Positions 1-10,456 of a stretch of DNA of 64,000 nucleotides are shown here, in pieces. The position numbers and the translations under genes were made by a program. A model generated the notes under the pieces. It searched no databases. It was not told where the DNA came from and saw only the letters and a list, made by a program, of their open reading frames with translations. Position 1 is the first letter of the stretch; every line of letters starts with the position of its first letter. This DNA is from Candidatus Tectiglobus diatomicola (lineage in GTDB: Bacteria > Pseudomonadota > Alphaproteobacteria > Rhizobiales > Hyphomicrobiaceae), in the NCBI GenBank assembly GCA_039583345.1, contig JAZDSJ010000006.1:45654-109653 (forward strand). The letters are read 5' to 3'.

Positions 1-228
1 CACGTTGTGATTTACTGATAATTTAGATGTTATGAAAATGTGCATTATTAGCATAAGTGTATGGTATGTACCTTCTAATACATTACTATAGATTATGATT
101 TATTGATTACATAGTATCTTGTTTGTAAACAAACACCTGAGGTTTCAATTAAGTGAACTAAAAATCGAAGCATTACTCCCACTGACGGTGTATTAATTTA
201 TTAAAGTATTACGATTTTTATGGAAATC

Positions 229-3159
229 TCAGTGTGCTGCTTCCCAATTATTCGCCATGTTAATGTCCACCTTTAGAGGCACAGAAAAATTTATTGCTGG
301 CTCCGGAGCTTTTTCCATAACTTTTCTTGCAATTTCTTTAAGCTTATCTGCCTCTGTTTCAGCAACTTCAAATATTAGTTCATCATGAACTTGCATTAGC
401 ATACGCGCCGATTGAACACCGGCTTCTTTTAGTGCCAGAGGCATTCGAATCATTGCTCTGCGAATAATATCAGCAGCAGAACCTTGAATTGGTGCATTGA
501 TGGCTGAACGCTCATAAAACCCGCGAGTTGACGAATTTCCTATATTGATTTCTGAATAATGTATTTTTCGTCCAAAAAGAGTTTCTACATACCCTTTCGC
601 TTTAGCTGTCTCTTTTGTCACTTCCATGTATTTTTTTATTCCAGGAAAGCGTTCGAAGTAAGTTCTAATATAATTTGAAGCTACTTCGCGAGTAATACCC
701 AATTGATTGGCGAGACCAAAAGCTGAAATTCCATAGATAATACCGAAATTGATTGCCTTAGCACGGCGTCGTACATCCGATGGCATTTCATAAACTGAGA
801 CGCCAAACATTTCACTTGCCGTCATCGCATGAATATCAAGACCTTCATCGAAGGCTCTTCGCAATTGCGGAATATCGGCGACATGCGCTAATACACGCAA
901 TTCAACTTGCGAATAATCAGCTGAAACCAGCTTTTTACCTTTTTCAGAGATAAAAGCAGTTCGAATCTCTCGACCTTCTGTTGTTCGAACTGGTATATTT
1001 TGAAGGTTGGGATCTGTTGATGCAAGTCGGCCTGTAGTTGTTGCTGCTAAACTGTAAGAAGTGTGAATACGATTTGTAACAGGGTTTATATGCATTGGCA
1101 AAGCATCTGTATAGGTTGAACGCAGTTTGGTCATCTGTCGCCATTCAAGTATTATATGAACAAGTTTTCGATCTTTATCTGGTAGATCTTTATTACAAGA
1201 AAGGTCATCAAGCAAAGTTGCGCGCGTTTCCCATTGACCACTTTTGGTTTTTTTACCTCCCGGTAACTTTAGCTTATCAAAGAGCAATGTACCCAACTGC
1301 CTGGGTGAACCAAGATTAAACCGTTCGCCTGCTAAACTGTAGGCATCCTCCTCAAGTTTGGCTGCCCGCTTTGCAAATAAAGTAGATAACCGCATTAGTA
1401 TTTTTGAATCAACGGCTATGCCCGACTGTTCCATGTCAACAATTACTGGGACTAGTGGACGCTCGAGTGTTTCATAAACTGTCGTCATACGTTCAGATAT
1501 TAGGCGAGCCCTAAATATGAGCCAGAGCCTCATAGTGACGTCAGCATCTTCTGCTGCATATAAAGTTGCCTTATCAATAGGAACTTCCGCAAAAGATTTA
1601 TCTGCTACCTTTCTTCCTGGAGCGTGCGTAATTACCTCTTTAAAAGATATACAGGTATGTTGTAGATGACGTTGTGCTAGCTCTTCTATACCGTGACCTC
1701 TGAGTCCACCATCGAGAACATAGGACATCAACATAGTATCATCGAATGCTTTAAGTTTAATATTGTAACGATGAAGTAAGATCATGTCATACTTTATATT
1801 TTGACCAATTTTTAATACTGATCTATCTTCAAGAAGTGGTTTGAGAATACTAAGAGCTACTTCTAAATCCATCTGTACAAAATTTGTACTTTTATCAAGG
1901 GTAAATCTTTCTTCTGTTTCACAATGAGCAACTGGGACATAACAGGCTTTACCTGGTCTAGTTGATAGCGAAAATCCAACAAGCTCTGCTTGCATTGCAT
2001 TCAGGCTTGTAGTCTCAGTGTCAAAGGCAATATAGCCAATTTCATAAGCCTCAAAAACCCATTGCTTTAAGGATTCTGCCGTTACAACTGTTTCGTATAA
2101 AGAACGGTTAACTGCAAATTCAGTTGCACGATTAGTATAATATGCAGAAATGGCCTCCGATTTTTTTATCTCTGAAACATCACAACTGTTAATTACCACG
2201 GTGTATTTAGTATCAGAATCAATTATGTCTATATCAATATTGTAAACCTCAGCTACATATTTAGTAAATGCAGTAAATTCCATAGCCTTAGAAAAAGCTA
2301 TTAATTTTTCTGGAGTGATTTTTGGTCGATCTAAATCCTGCAAATTTATATTTAGAGGAACCTGTGTATCAAGAAGTACTAGCCGGCGTGATAGCCGCGC
2401 CTGATCAGAGAATTTAATCAGATTTTCACGTCTCTTTTTTTGTTTAATACACTCGATATTTTTAAGAAGAGTTTCTAAATCTCCAAACTCCCTTATCAGT
2501 TGTGCGGCTATTTTTATACCTATGCCAGGTACCCCTGGTACGTTATCCGAAGTGTCACCCGCTAAAGCCTGAACGTCAACGACTTTATTAGGCTCCACTC
2601 CAAACTTCCGTTTAACATCTTCAATATCTATTCTACGCTCTTTACCTGGTAACGGATCGAACATTCGTACGCCTTGATTTATAAGTTGCATAAGATCTTT
2701 ATCACCAGAGATAATTGTGACTCTAGCCCCTATCTCACGCGCATGCGTGACATAGGTTGCTATCAAATCGTCAGCTTCATAACCTTTCTGCTCAATAGGT
2801 GTAAAACCAAAGGCGCGTACTGCTTCACGAATAAGAGGAAATTGTAGGATCAAATCATTTGGAGGGGCAGAACGATTTAATTTATATTCAGGATAAATTT
2901 GAGCCCTGAATGATTGCCCTTTATGATCGAATATAACAGCAATATGCGTTGGTTTATCGTTGTTGTGTTCATCTAAACCTTCCCTAACCACCTTGAATAA
3001 AATACGACAAAATGTCATAACAGCTCCGGTTGGTGTACCATCAGAACGTGTAAAATTAATGCCGCGCACCTGAGCCGCCTTGAACATAGCATAATAAGCA
3101 CGATAAATGTACGCTGACCCATCGATCAGATAGATATGGCTGTCGGTGGTAACACACAT
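229..3159 (-). CDS. polA: DNA polymerase I
   Basis: 976-aa ORF. N-terminal 5'-3' exonuclease (LIDGSAYIYRAYYA, GDKDLMQL), central 3'-5' exo-like domain (AFDTETTSL), family-A polymerase motifs (DYSQVELRVLAH, QVHDELIFE). Confidence 0.97.
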   Translation of the reverse strand: MCVTTDSHIYLIDGSAYIYRAYYAMFKAAQVRGINFTRSDGTPTGAVMTFCRILFKVVREGLDEHNNDKPTHIAVIFDHKGQSFRAQIYPEYKLNRSAPPNDLILQFPLIREAVRAFGFTPIEQKGYEADDLIATYVTHAREIGARVTIISGDKDLMQLINQGVRMFDPLPGKERRIDIEDVKRKFGVEPNKVVDVQALAGDTSDNVPGVPGIGIKIAAQLIREFGDLETLLKNIECIKQKKRRENLIKFSDQARLSRRLVLLDTQVPLNINLQDLDRPKITPEKLIAFSKAMEFTAFTKYVAEVYNIDIDIIDSDTKYTVVINSCDVSEIKKSEAISAYYTNRATEFAVNRSLYETVVTAESLKQWVFEAYEIGYIAFDTETTSLNAMQAELVGFSLSTRPGKACYVPVAHCETEERFTLDKSTNFVQMDLEVALSILKPLLEDRSVLKIGQNIKYDMILLHRYNIKLKAFDDTMLMSYVLDGGLRGHGIEELAQRHLQHTCISFKEVITHAPGRKVADKSFAEVPIDKATLYAAEDADVTMRLWLIFRARLISERMTTVYETLERPLVPVIVDMEQSGIAVDSKILMRLSTLFAKRAAKLEEDAYSLAGERFNLGSPRQLGTLLFDKLKLPGGKKTKSGQWETRATLLDDLSCNKDLPDKDRKLVHIILEWRQMTKLRSTYTDALPMHINPVTNRIHTSYSLAATTTGRLASTDPNLQNIPVRTTEGREIRTAFISEKGKKLVSADYSQVELRVLAHVADIPQLRRAFDEGLDIHAMTASEMFGVSVYEMPSDVRRRAKAINFGIIYGISAFGLANQLGITREVASNYIRTYFERFPGIKKYMEVTKETAKAKGYVETLFGRKIHYSEINIGNSSTRGFYERSAINAPIQGSAADIIRRAMIRMPLALKEAGVQSARMLMQVHDELIFEVAETEADKLKEIARKVMEKAPEPAINFSVPLKVDINMANNWEAAH

Positions 3160-3426
3160 TATAAAAATGCTCCCAGCTTATAAGCTTATTTTCACATGAT
3201 TTTTAAAACATACTTCGCGTTTTCTTCAAAAGAAAACCTTAAATGATCACAAAATACTACATAGATTTATCCTCTAAATTATCTGTATGATTATGGCGAG
3301 GTAATTAAATCGCTAATCATATCCCTAGTAACATAAACCCTGTAAGTACTTAACAAATGAAATTAATAATTAATATATTAGCAATAGTTTGTGTTTTTAA
3401 TAAAAATGTATAATGAAACATATATT

Positions 3427-3503
3427 TCGCTCGTAGCTCATTAGGATAGAGTGCTTGATTCCGAAACTAGTGGTCGGAGGTTCGAATCCTCCCGAGCGCA
3501 CCA
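3427..3503 (+). tRNA. tRNA-Arg (anticodon CCG), 77 nt with encoded CCA, several mismatched stem pairs
   Basis: Cloverleaf read by hand. Acceptor TCGCTCG/CGAGCGC, D arm GCTC-ATTAGGATA-GAGT, anticodon arm CTTGA-TTCCGAA-ACTAG, variable TGGTC, perfect T arm GGAGG-TTCGAAT-CCTCC, discriminator A, CCA. Layout parallels E. coli tRNA-Arg(CCG). Pairs 1-72 (U-C), 29-41 (U-U) and 31-39 (A-A) do not pair. Confidence 0.75.
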
Positions 3504-3751
3504 GGATACTATAGTATGCTACTTGATATTAGATTTAATATTTCCTGATATACTTAAAGGTTTTGGTGAATTACAAAGAAACAGACTAGTTTTAACTTGA
3601 TATTAATGTGTAACCGCGCCAGCCATAGTAACTAAAGAGCAAAGACTTATCGTATAACACTAAATCATAACAATGATCACACTTTAGTTTAAGACTGGGG
3701 CTGCTCCTTGTGAGTAATTCAGGCTGTATGAATTAATTCTACTAAAAGCGC

Positions 3752-3782
3752 AAAAAAAAAGAACGGTAAGTTTTCACCGCTC
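3752..3782 (-). terminator. rho-independent terminator downstream of lpdA (end of aceE-aceF-lpdA operon)
   Basis: Minus strand reads GAGCGGT-GAAAACTT-ACCGTTC: 7-bp stem with one G-U and an 8-nt loop, followed by a T9 run. It lies about 60 nt after the lpdA stop. Confidence 0.65.
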
Positions 3783-3840
3783 CTTTTGTTACGTAAATTG
3801 TAATCGTTGTAGAGTATGAATGAGGTTTTAAATATCAGCT

Positions 3841-5625
3841 TTAGTTTTGCTTTTTCTGAGGTGGCAAATCGGTGCACTTACCTTCAAATACCTCCGCAGC
3901 CATACCGATAGATTCGCCGAGTGTTGGATGAGGATGAATTGTCTTTCCTATGTCTGTGCTATCAGCACCCATTTCAACTGCAAGACATATCTCACTAATC
4001 AAGTCACCAGCACCCGTTCCTACAATACCTCCGCCAATACAACGATGCGTTTCCTTATCGAAGAGTAGCTTGGTGAAACCTTCATCACGGCCGTTAGCTA
4101 TAGCACGGCCAGAAGCCGCCCAAGGAAACACAGCTTTTTTATAAGATATCCCATTTGATTTCGCTTGTGTCTCTGTAATACCAGTCCATGCAATTTCAGG
4201 ATCTGTGTAAGCTACAGATGGAATCTGACGCGCATCAAAGAAGCTTTTTTTGCCAATGGCAGCCTCAGCAGCAACATGTGCCTCATGTACAGCCTTGTGA
4301 GCAAGCATTGGTTGTCCAACAATATCACCGATTGCGAAAATGTGGGACACATTAGTTCGCATCTGTCTGTCAACGTTAATAAAGCCACTATTGCTCACAG
4401 CAACACCTGCTTTATCTGCATTGATCAAGTTTCCACTTGGTGTACGTCCGATAGCAACCAAAACAAGATCGTATGATTCAGGAGTCTTTGGCGCATTCTT
4501 ACCTTCAAAGGTAACAGAAATACCGTTTGATCTTGCCTCCAATCCCGTTATTTTTGTTTTGAGCATTATTCTATTAAAGCGTTGGGAGTTAAACTTTTCC
4601 CAAACTTTAACTAGATCACGGTCTGCTCCGACCATCAAGCTATCAAGCATTTCAACAATGTCAACGCGTGCACCTAGCGTTGAATAGACGCTAGCCATTT
4701 CCAAGCCAATGATACCACCACCAATGACTAACATACGCTTCGGGATATGTCGCAACTCTAAAGCACCAGTAGAATCTACAATGCGTGGATCTTTGACGCG
4801 AAAGGGTAGCTTAACAGGTTCGGAACCTGCAGCAATAATAGCTTTCTCAAAATGAATGATCTTGCGACCTGAACCATCAGAGAATTCGACAGTGATATGA
4901 TTAGGGTCGAGAAAAGTTCCCGTGCCAGTAATAATGTCGACCTTACGCATCTTAGCCATTGCATCCAACCCACTGGTTAATCTGCCAATGACGTTATCTT
5001 TGTGTTGACGTAGAGAAGAAAGATCAATTTTTGGCTTTGAATAAGTGATGCCATGTGCCGCCAATGTTTTAACCTCGTCCATTACGGCAGTGACATGCAA
5101 CAAAGCTTTAGATGGAATACAACCGACATTAAGGCAGACCCCCCCTAGAACTTTACGACGTTCGACCAAAATTGTTTTTTTTCCGAGATCCGCAGCTTTG
5201 AAAGCGGCTGAATAACCACCTGGACCGGACCCCAAAACCAAAACCTCACATGAAAAATCACTATTACCTTTATGTACACTGGTTACAGGTACTGATGTAG
5301 CTGTCGAAGATTTTTTTTCTAATGCTAAATGAGAGGATGATGTAATAGGATCTGTGGAAGAAACGTCTTTAATCTCCATTATTAGGATGGGACTACCCTG
5401 AGACAGTTTGTCACCTAACTTAACTTTTAGCTCACCTACGATGCCAAAAACTGGAGATGGTACATCGACCGTAGCCTTGTCACTTTCCAACGTGATTAAG
5501 GGATCTTCAGGTGACACCTGGCTACCAGGTCCAACATGAATTTCAACAACCGGAACATTTTCAAAATCACCAATATCAGGTACAAAAACTTCCATCACTG
5601 CCATGCTTGCAGTCTCCAAGGACAT
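3841..5625 (-). CDS. lpdA: dihydrolipoamide dehydrogenase (E3) with N-terminal lipoyl domain
   Basis: Lipoyl domain (MEVFVPDIGDF...LESDKATVDVPSP), then E3 with FAD motif GSGPGGYSAAF, redox-active CLNVGCIPSK and C-terminal HPHPTLGE. Start placed at M117 of the 710-aa ORF (594 aa). M124 and M127 are equally possible, and the frame stays open upstream to 5973 (see findings). Confidence 0.9.
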   Translation of the reverse strand: MSLETASMAVMEVFVPDIGDFENVPVVEIHVGPGSQVSPEDPLITLESDKATVDVPSPVFGIVGELKVKLGDKLSQGSPILIMEIKDVSSTDPITSSSHLALEKKSSTATSVPVTSVHKGNSDFSCEVLVLGSGPGGYSAAFKAADLGKKTILVERRKVLGGVCLNVGCIPSKALLHVTAVMDEVKTLAAHGITYSKPKIDLSSLRQHKDNVIGRLTSGLDAMAKMRKVDIITGTGTFLDPNHITVEFSDGSGRKIIHFEKAIIAAGSEPVKLPFRVKDPRIVDSTGALELRHIPKRMLVIGGGIIGLEMASVYSTLGARVDIVEMLDSLMVGADRDLVKVWEKFNSQRFNRIMLKTKITGLEARSNGISVTFEGKNAPKTPESYDLVLVAIGRTPSGNLINADKAGVAVSNSGFINVDRQMRTNVSHIFAIGDIVGQPMLAHKAVHEAHVAAEAAIGKKSFFDARQIPSVAYTDPEIAWTGITETQAKSNGISYKKAVFPWAASGRAIANGRDEGFTKLLFDKETHRCIGGGIVGTGAGDLISEICLAVEMGADSTDIGKTIHPHPTLGESIGMAAEVFEGKCTDLPPQKKQN

Positions 5626-6071
5626 AGATTGATTACTGTTATGCTGTCGAAATTTATCGAAAGCAGACTTCTGAATGACAGAAGTTTGAGGTTTATCTGA
5701 AGCTCTACGTTGCATGCCAACAATTGTAATTTTCCCTTCTGAAGGAGAGTGACTTTTTTGCCCGTCTTTTATATCCTTAGATTCTGTGTTCCCGAGCAAA
5801 CTGAATTGATCGGCATGCATTAGAGAAGATATGTCAGGTCGAACGCGGAAAGAAACCTCACTAAGAGGTTTCTTAATTTTCTTAATGTTACTGGTGGCCT
5901 GTTCGCCACCACGTTCCCCCTTTAAAGCTTTAATGAGCTTAAACACCCAAGAACTCGCTGTTTTCTCTGGCACTTTTGAAACATACTCCCGTTTTTATGA
6001 CCTGGAAGTCATAACCGACTACACTGGTTTTTACGGTAAATGTTCATAGTAACGTGCCAACATCAAATGTG

Positions 6072-7352
6072 CTAGAGCAACATCTGGCGGAGATCTCCAA
6101 GTATGTCACACATTCGTCTTGTAAAACGTGCTGCCAAAGCACCATCAATAACTCGATGATCATATGAAACACAGAGAGGCAACATCGAACGTGGTTTAAA
6201 TGTCTCGCCATCCCAAATAGGCTTAACAGCTGTACGCACAACACCCAAAATCGCAACTTCTGGAGCATTTACGATTGGGGTAAAATAAGTCCCTCCAATG
6301 CCACCTAGGCTCGAAATTGAAAAAGTTGCGCCTTGGATGTCTGCCGGCGTTATCTTGCCGTCACGCATTCGAATGGATATTTCAGCCATCTCTTTTGAAA
6401 GTTCTATGATGCCTTTACGATCAACATCCTTTATAACTGGTACAACAAGGCCATCGGGCGTGTCAACAGCAATACCAATATTATAATAATGCTTGTATAT
6501 AAGAGTATCACTATTCGGTCCTAGAGAGGAATTGAATTCTGGAAACTCTTTCAAGCATGTAACTGAAGCTTTTAGTATGAACGCTAATAAAGTTACTCGA
6601 TAGCCATCAGCTTTTGCTTTACCGTCAAGAAGGCGACGATATTCATCTAGCTCAGTTATATCAGCATCATCACAATGTGTTACATGCGGAACGTTAAGCC
6701 AAGCGCGATGAAGATGTGGGCCAGACAACTTTTTTAGCCTAGACAATGACTTTTCCTCGATAGGACCGAATTTAGCGAAGTCCTGAGATGGAATAGGCTG
6801 TATGCCCATGCCTCCTCGGTTGGAGGAACAATCACTAATATTTTGTAAAGCCTGCTTGACATCGTCTTTAGTAACACGGCCCTTGGCACCCGTTCCATTG
6901 ATCTTTTTCAAATCAACACCTAGCTCGCGAGCAATCATACGAACTGATGGACTAGCGTGAACGTCACTAAAGTCGCTCACAGTCGGAAGCCCAGTCTTAG
7001 CATTTGAACCAGAACTATTTTGCTGTGACAACGGCTCAAAGACGGAAGTTGTTTCGGCTTTACTCGTATCTTGTGATTCACCGGCTTTCTCAGGATTTGG
7101 TACCACTGCACCACATTCACTATCAAGCTTTAGAACTGTGCTACCCATACTAACTCGGTCGCCAACTGAGACACTTAACTCAACAATGCGCCCTGCTTGT
7201 GGTGCTGGCACATCCATTGTCGCTTTATCACTCTCCAGAGATATCAACGGCTCCTCTGGCTGGACTTGATCACCTGGAGACACAAGAATCTCAACGACTG
7301 GAACATCGGTAAAATCGCCGATGTCAGGTACTTTGACTTCAATTACGGGCAT
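6072..7352 (-). CDS. aceF: dihydrolipoamide acetyltransferase (PDH E2), single lipoyl domain
   Basis: 426 aa. Lipoyl domain (VKVPDIGDF...LESDKATMDVPAP), E3-binding domain (ASPSVRMIARELGVDLKKINGTGAKGRV), catalytic domain with DHRVIDGA. Confidence 0.93.
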   Translation of the reverse strand: MPVIEVKVPDIGDFTDVPVVEILVSPGDQVQPEEPLISLESDKATMDVPAPQAGRIVELSVSVGDRVSMGSTVLKLDSECGAVVPNPEKAGESQDTSKAETTSVFEPLSQQNSSGSNAKTGLPTVSDFSDVHASPSVRMIARELGVDLKKINGTGAKGRVTKDDVKQALQNISDCSSNRGGMGIQPIPSQDFAKFGPIEEKSLSRLKKLSGPHLHRAWLNVPHVTHCDDADITELDEYRRLLDGKAKADGYRVTLLAFILKASVTCLKEFPEFNSSLGPNSDTLIYKHYYNIGIAVDTPDGLVVPVIKDVDRKGIIELSKEMAEISIRMRDGKITPADIQGATFSISSLGGIGGTYFTPIVNAPEVAILGVVRTAVKPIWDGETFKPRSMLPLCVSYDHRVIDGALAARFTRRMCDILGDLRQMLL

Positions 7353-7407
7353 ACAGCAGGCCTATATTTTCAAGAGTGAGGGACATAGAAATGATCGCAG
7401 CATATCT

Positions 7408-10068
7408 TCAAGAATTTACTGGATCTGGTTTATTAGAATTAATATTATACTTTCGTAAAGCTTCGCTTACAATTTTCGGGGACACCTTACCTTCATCAGC
7501 CAGAGCCTTAAGCGCGTTAATAACAACAAAATATCGATCAACCTCAAAGTGCGATCTAAGTTTACGGCGATAATCAGAACGTCCAAAGCCATCAGTGCCT
7601 AGCACGTAATATTTATCTTTTATGTAAGCACGAAGTTGCTCTGACATAAGTTTGATATAATCTGTTGATGCAATCACTGGTCCAGAACATCCTTTCGAAA
7701 GAACCTGAGTAACATAGGGGACGCGTGAAGGCTTTTCCGGATTCAAAAGATTCCAACGATTTACTGAAGCAGCTTCACGTGAAAGCTCATTGAAGCTAGT
7801 TACAGAATAAATATCTGAACTTACTTTAAAGTCTTGCTCTAAAAGTTTCGCACCTGCAATAACTTCATTAAGAATCGCACCGCTACCGATTAATTTGACT
7901 GTATTTTGCCCAGGAACAGCACTCGCGGCTCTAAGCTTATATATACCCTTTATTATGCCTTCCTCAGAGCCCTCAGGCATAGCCGGGTGTTGATAATTCT
8001 CGTTCATTACGGTGATGTAATAAAATACATCTTCTTGGTTACTAACCATACGGCGCAAACCGTCCCTTACGATCACGGCTATTTCATATCCATAGGTCGG
8101 ATCATAGGAGACACAGTTTGGGATAGTAGAGGCAAAAAGATGACTATGGCCGTCTTCATGCTGCAAACCTTCACCATTTAACGTCGTTCGTCCTGCAGTA
8201 GCGCCGATTAAAAATCCACGTGCTCTTGAATCTCCAGCAGCCCAAGCCAAATCGTGAATACGTTGAAAGCCAAACATTGAGTAGAATATATAAAACGGAA
8301 CCATCATTACGTTAGAAGTCGAGTAACTTGTCGCAGCTGCGATCCACGATGACATAGCACCAGCTTCATTGATGCCTTCCTGCAACATCTGGCCAGTCTT
8401 ATCTTCCTTATAATACATTAACTGATCAGCATCCTGTGGTTGATAAAGCTGACCTACTTGGCTAAATATTCCGTATTGTCGAAACATACCTTCCATACCA
8501 AAAGTACGACTCTCGTCAGGAACAATTGGTACGATACGTTTGCCTAAAGATTTATTACGTAACAGTGAGTTTAGAATCCGAACGAAAGTCATAGTAGATG
8601 AAATCTGACGCTCTCCTGATGATTCTAGCTGAGCCTTGAAAGTTTCCAAAGGCGGAACCTCCAGAACCTCATCTGCTTTCAGCCTTCGCTGAGGAAGATA
8701 TCCACCTAAAGCCGCACGCCGGTCGTGTAAATATTTTTCTTCTGGTGATCCCGGTGGCAACTTGACAAACGGCAAATCAGGGAGCTGGGAATCTTTCACG
8801 GGAATGTTAAAGCGATCACGAAATTGTCGCAGAGAATTATCATCCATTTTCTTGGCTTGGTGCGAAATCATCTGTCCCTCGCCAGCCTCACCCATTCCAT
8901 ATCCTTTAACTGTCTTAGCTAAAATCAAGGTAGGCTGCCCAATATGGGTAGATGCTGATTTATAGGCCGAAAAAACCTTGTGGGTATCATGACCACCGCG
9001 TGTCAATGCCCAGATCCGTTCGTCAGACCAATCCGCAACCATAGAAGCTGTTTCAGGATAACGCCCGAAAAATTTTTCACGAACATATGCACCATCTTTC
9101 GATCTAAAATCTTGATAGTCACCATCAACACATTCTTCCATGAGCTGACGAAGACGTCCTGTGTGATCGTTTGCTAGTAATTCATCCCATCCACTACCCC
9201 AAAGGACCTTAATAACGTTCCAACCAGTGCCGCGAAAGTTACCTTCTAATTCTTGTACAATCTTGCCATTACCGCGAACTGGGCCGTCAAGTCGTTGCAG
9301 ATTACAGTTAATTACAAATATCAGATTATCTAGTTTCTCACGTCCAGCAAGCGAAATAGCTCCGAGACTCTCAGGCTCGTCCATTTCACCGTCGCCGCAA
9401 AAAACCCAGATCTTACGATTAGAGGTATCGGCCAGGCCTCGATGATGAAGATATTTCATAAAGCGAGCAAGATAAATGGACATAATCGGACCAAGCCCCA
9501 TAGACACAGTCGGAAACTGCCAAAAATTTGGCATCAACCAAGGATGTGGATAAGAAGATAGTCCAGTTCCTTCAACTTCTTGACGAAAATTAAGAAGTTG
9601 CTCTTCACTTAAGCGCCCCTCAACAAAAGCCCTTGCGTAAATGCCGGGGGAGGAATGACCCTGATAAAATATTAAGTCACCGCCAAAATCTTTAGTAGGT
9701 GCACGCCAAAAATGTTCGAAGCCTGTATCATACAACATAGAGGCCGATTGGAACGATGCGATGTGTCCGCCAAGCTCTGAACTGTCTTTATTCGCTCGGA
9801 GAACTATAGCAGCCGCATTCCAACGAATAACAGCACGAATACGACTTTCCAACTCAATGTCGCCTGGATGCTTGGGCTCTTGTTCCGTTGAGATCGTGTT
9901 AATGTAAGCTGAATTTGCGGCAAATGGAACTTTTGCGCCTGAACGTCTTGCTGTCGACACGGCTTCTCCAAGCAGGTCGTCGGCTACACCTGTACCTTCG
10001 AAGGCGATAACCGAATTCACAGCTTCAATCCATTCAGTGCGCTCTTGAATGTCATCCAGTTTAGACAT
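7408..10068 (-). CDS. aceE: pyruvate dehydrogenase E1 component, homodimeric (AceE) type
   Basis: 886-aa single-chain E1. ThDP region GDGEMDEPES...NCNLQRLDGPVRGN. Lies directly upstream of E2 and E3 on the same strand. Confidence 0.95.
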   Translation of the reverse strand: MSKLDDIQERTEWIEAVNSVIAFEGTGVADDLLGEAVSTARRSGAKVPFAANSAYINTISTEQEPKHPGDIELESRIRAVIRWNAAAIVLRANKDSSELGGHIASFQSASMLYDTGFEHFWRAPTKDFGGDLIFYQGHSSPGIYARAFVEGRLSEEQLLNFRQEVEGTGLSSYPHPWLMPNFWQFPTVSMGLGPIMSIYLARFMKYLHHRGLADTSNRKIWVFCGDGEMDEPESLGAISLAGREKLDNLIFVINCNLQRLDGPVRGNGKIVQELEGNFRGTGWNVIKVLWGSGWDELLANDHTGRLRQLMEECVDGDYQDFRSKDGAYVREKFFGRYPETASMVADWSDERIWALTRGGHDTHKVFSAYKSASTHIGQPTLILAKTVKGYGMGEAGEGQMISHQAKKMDDNSLRQFRDRFNIPVKDSQLPDLPFVKLPPGSPEEKYLHDRRAALGGYLPQRRLKADEVLEVPPLETFKAQLESSGERQISSTMTFVRILNSLLRNKSLGKRIVPIVPDESRTFGMEGMFRQYGIFSQVGQLYQPQDADQLMYYKEDKTGQMLQEGINEAGAMSSWIAAATSYSTSNVMMVPFYIFYSMFGFQRIHDLAWAAGDSRARGFLIGATAGRTTLNGEGLQHEDGHSHLFASTIPNCVSYDPTYGYEIAVIVRDGLRRMVSNQEDVFYYITVMNENYQHPAMPEGSEEGIIKGIYKLRAASAVPGQNTVKLIGSGAILNEVIAGAKLLEQDFKVSSDIYSVTSFNELSREAASVNRWNLLNPEKPSRVPYVTQVLSKGCSGPVIASTDYIKLMSEQLRAYIKDKYYVLGTDGFGRSDYRRKLRSHFEVDRYFVVINALKALADEGKVSPKIVSEALRKYNINSNKPDPVNS

Positions 10069-10456
10069 AGCTACCTCTCAGTAAACTTTAATGAAGTGGT
10101 ATGATTGTTCGACAAGTTGTGTCAAACGGATTACTTCCACATTCTCTAATCGACTTTAGATTTCCATACTGGAACCAAATACATACATTTCATTTTAAAT
10201 TGCAGCCTAATTACTGGGGTGATCCCAGTAGCTTAGGTCTACAGAAACACTATTGCTTATTGCACTTTTTAAGATACGATAACATTCTGTCTCTTCACCT
10301 TATTTTCTAAATCTAAAAAAGCTAAATAAGCCTAACATAGGAAAGTCTCGTCGTTTATAGCCCTGAGTATCGAACGAAAAGTATAAGTGTTAAAGTCAAA
10401 TCGACAAACTTATATGAAAGGTATCACTTAGATTATGTCTACACGATGTGGTCAGT

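Noticed and set aside
3841-5973. Taking the full 710-aa ORF as the lpdA product
   Set aside because: Recognisable homology starts at the lipoyl domain near M117-M127 (5595-5625). A 594-aa product matches lipoyl-Lpd proteins. The upstream 116 codons are treated as a separate observation rather than confident coding sequence.
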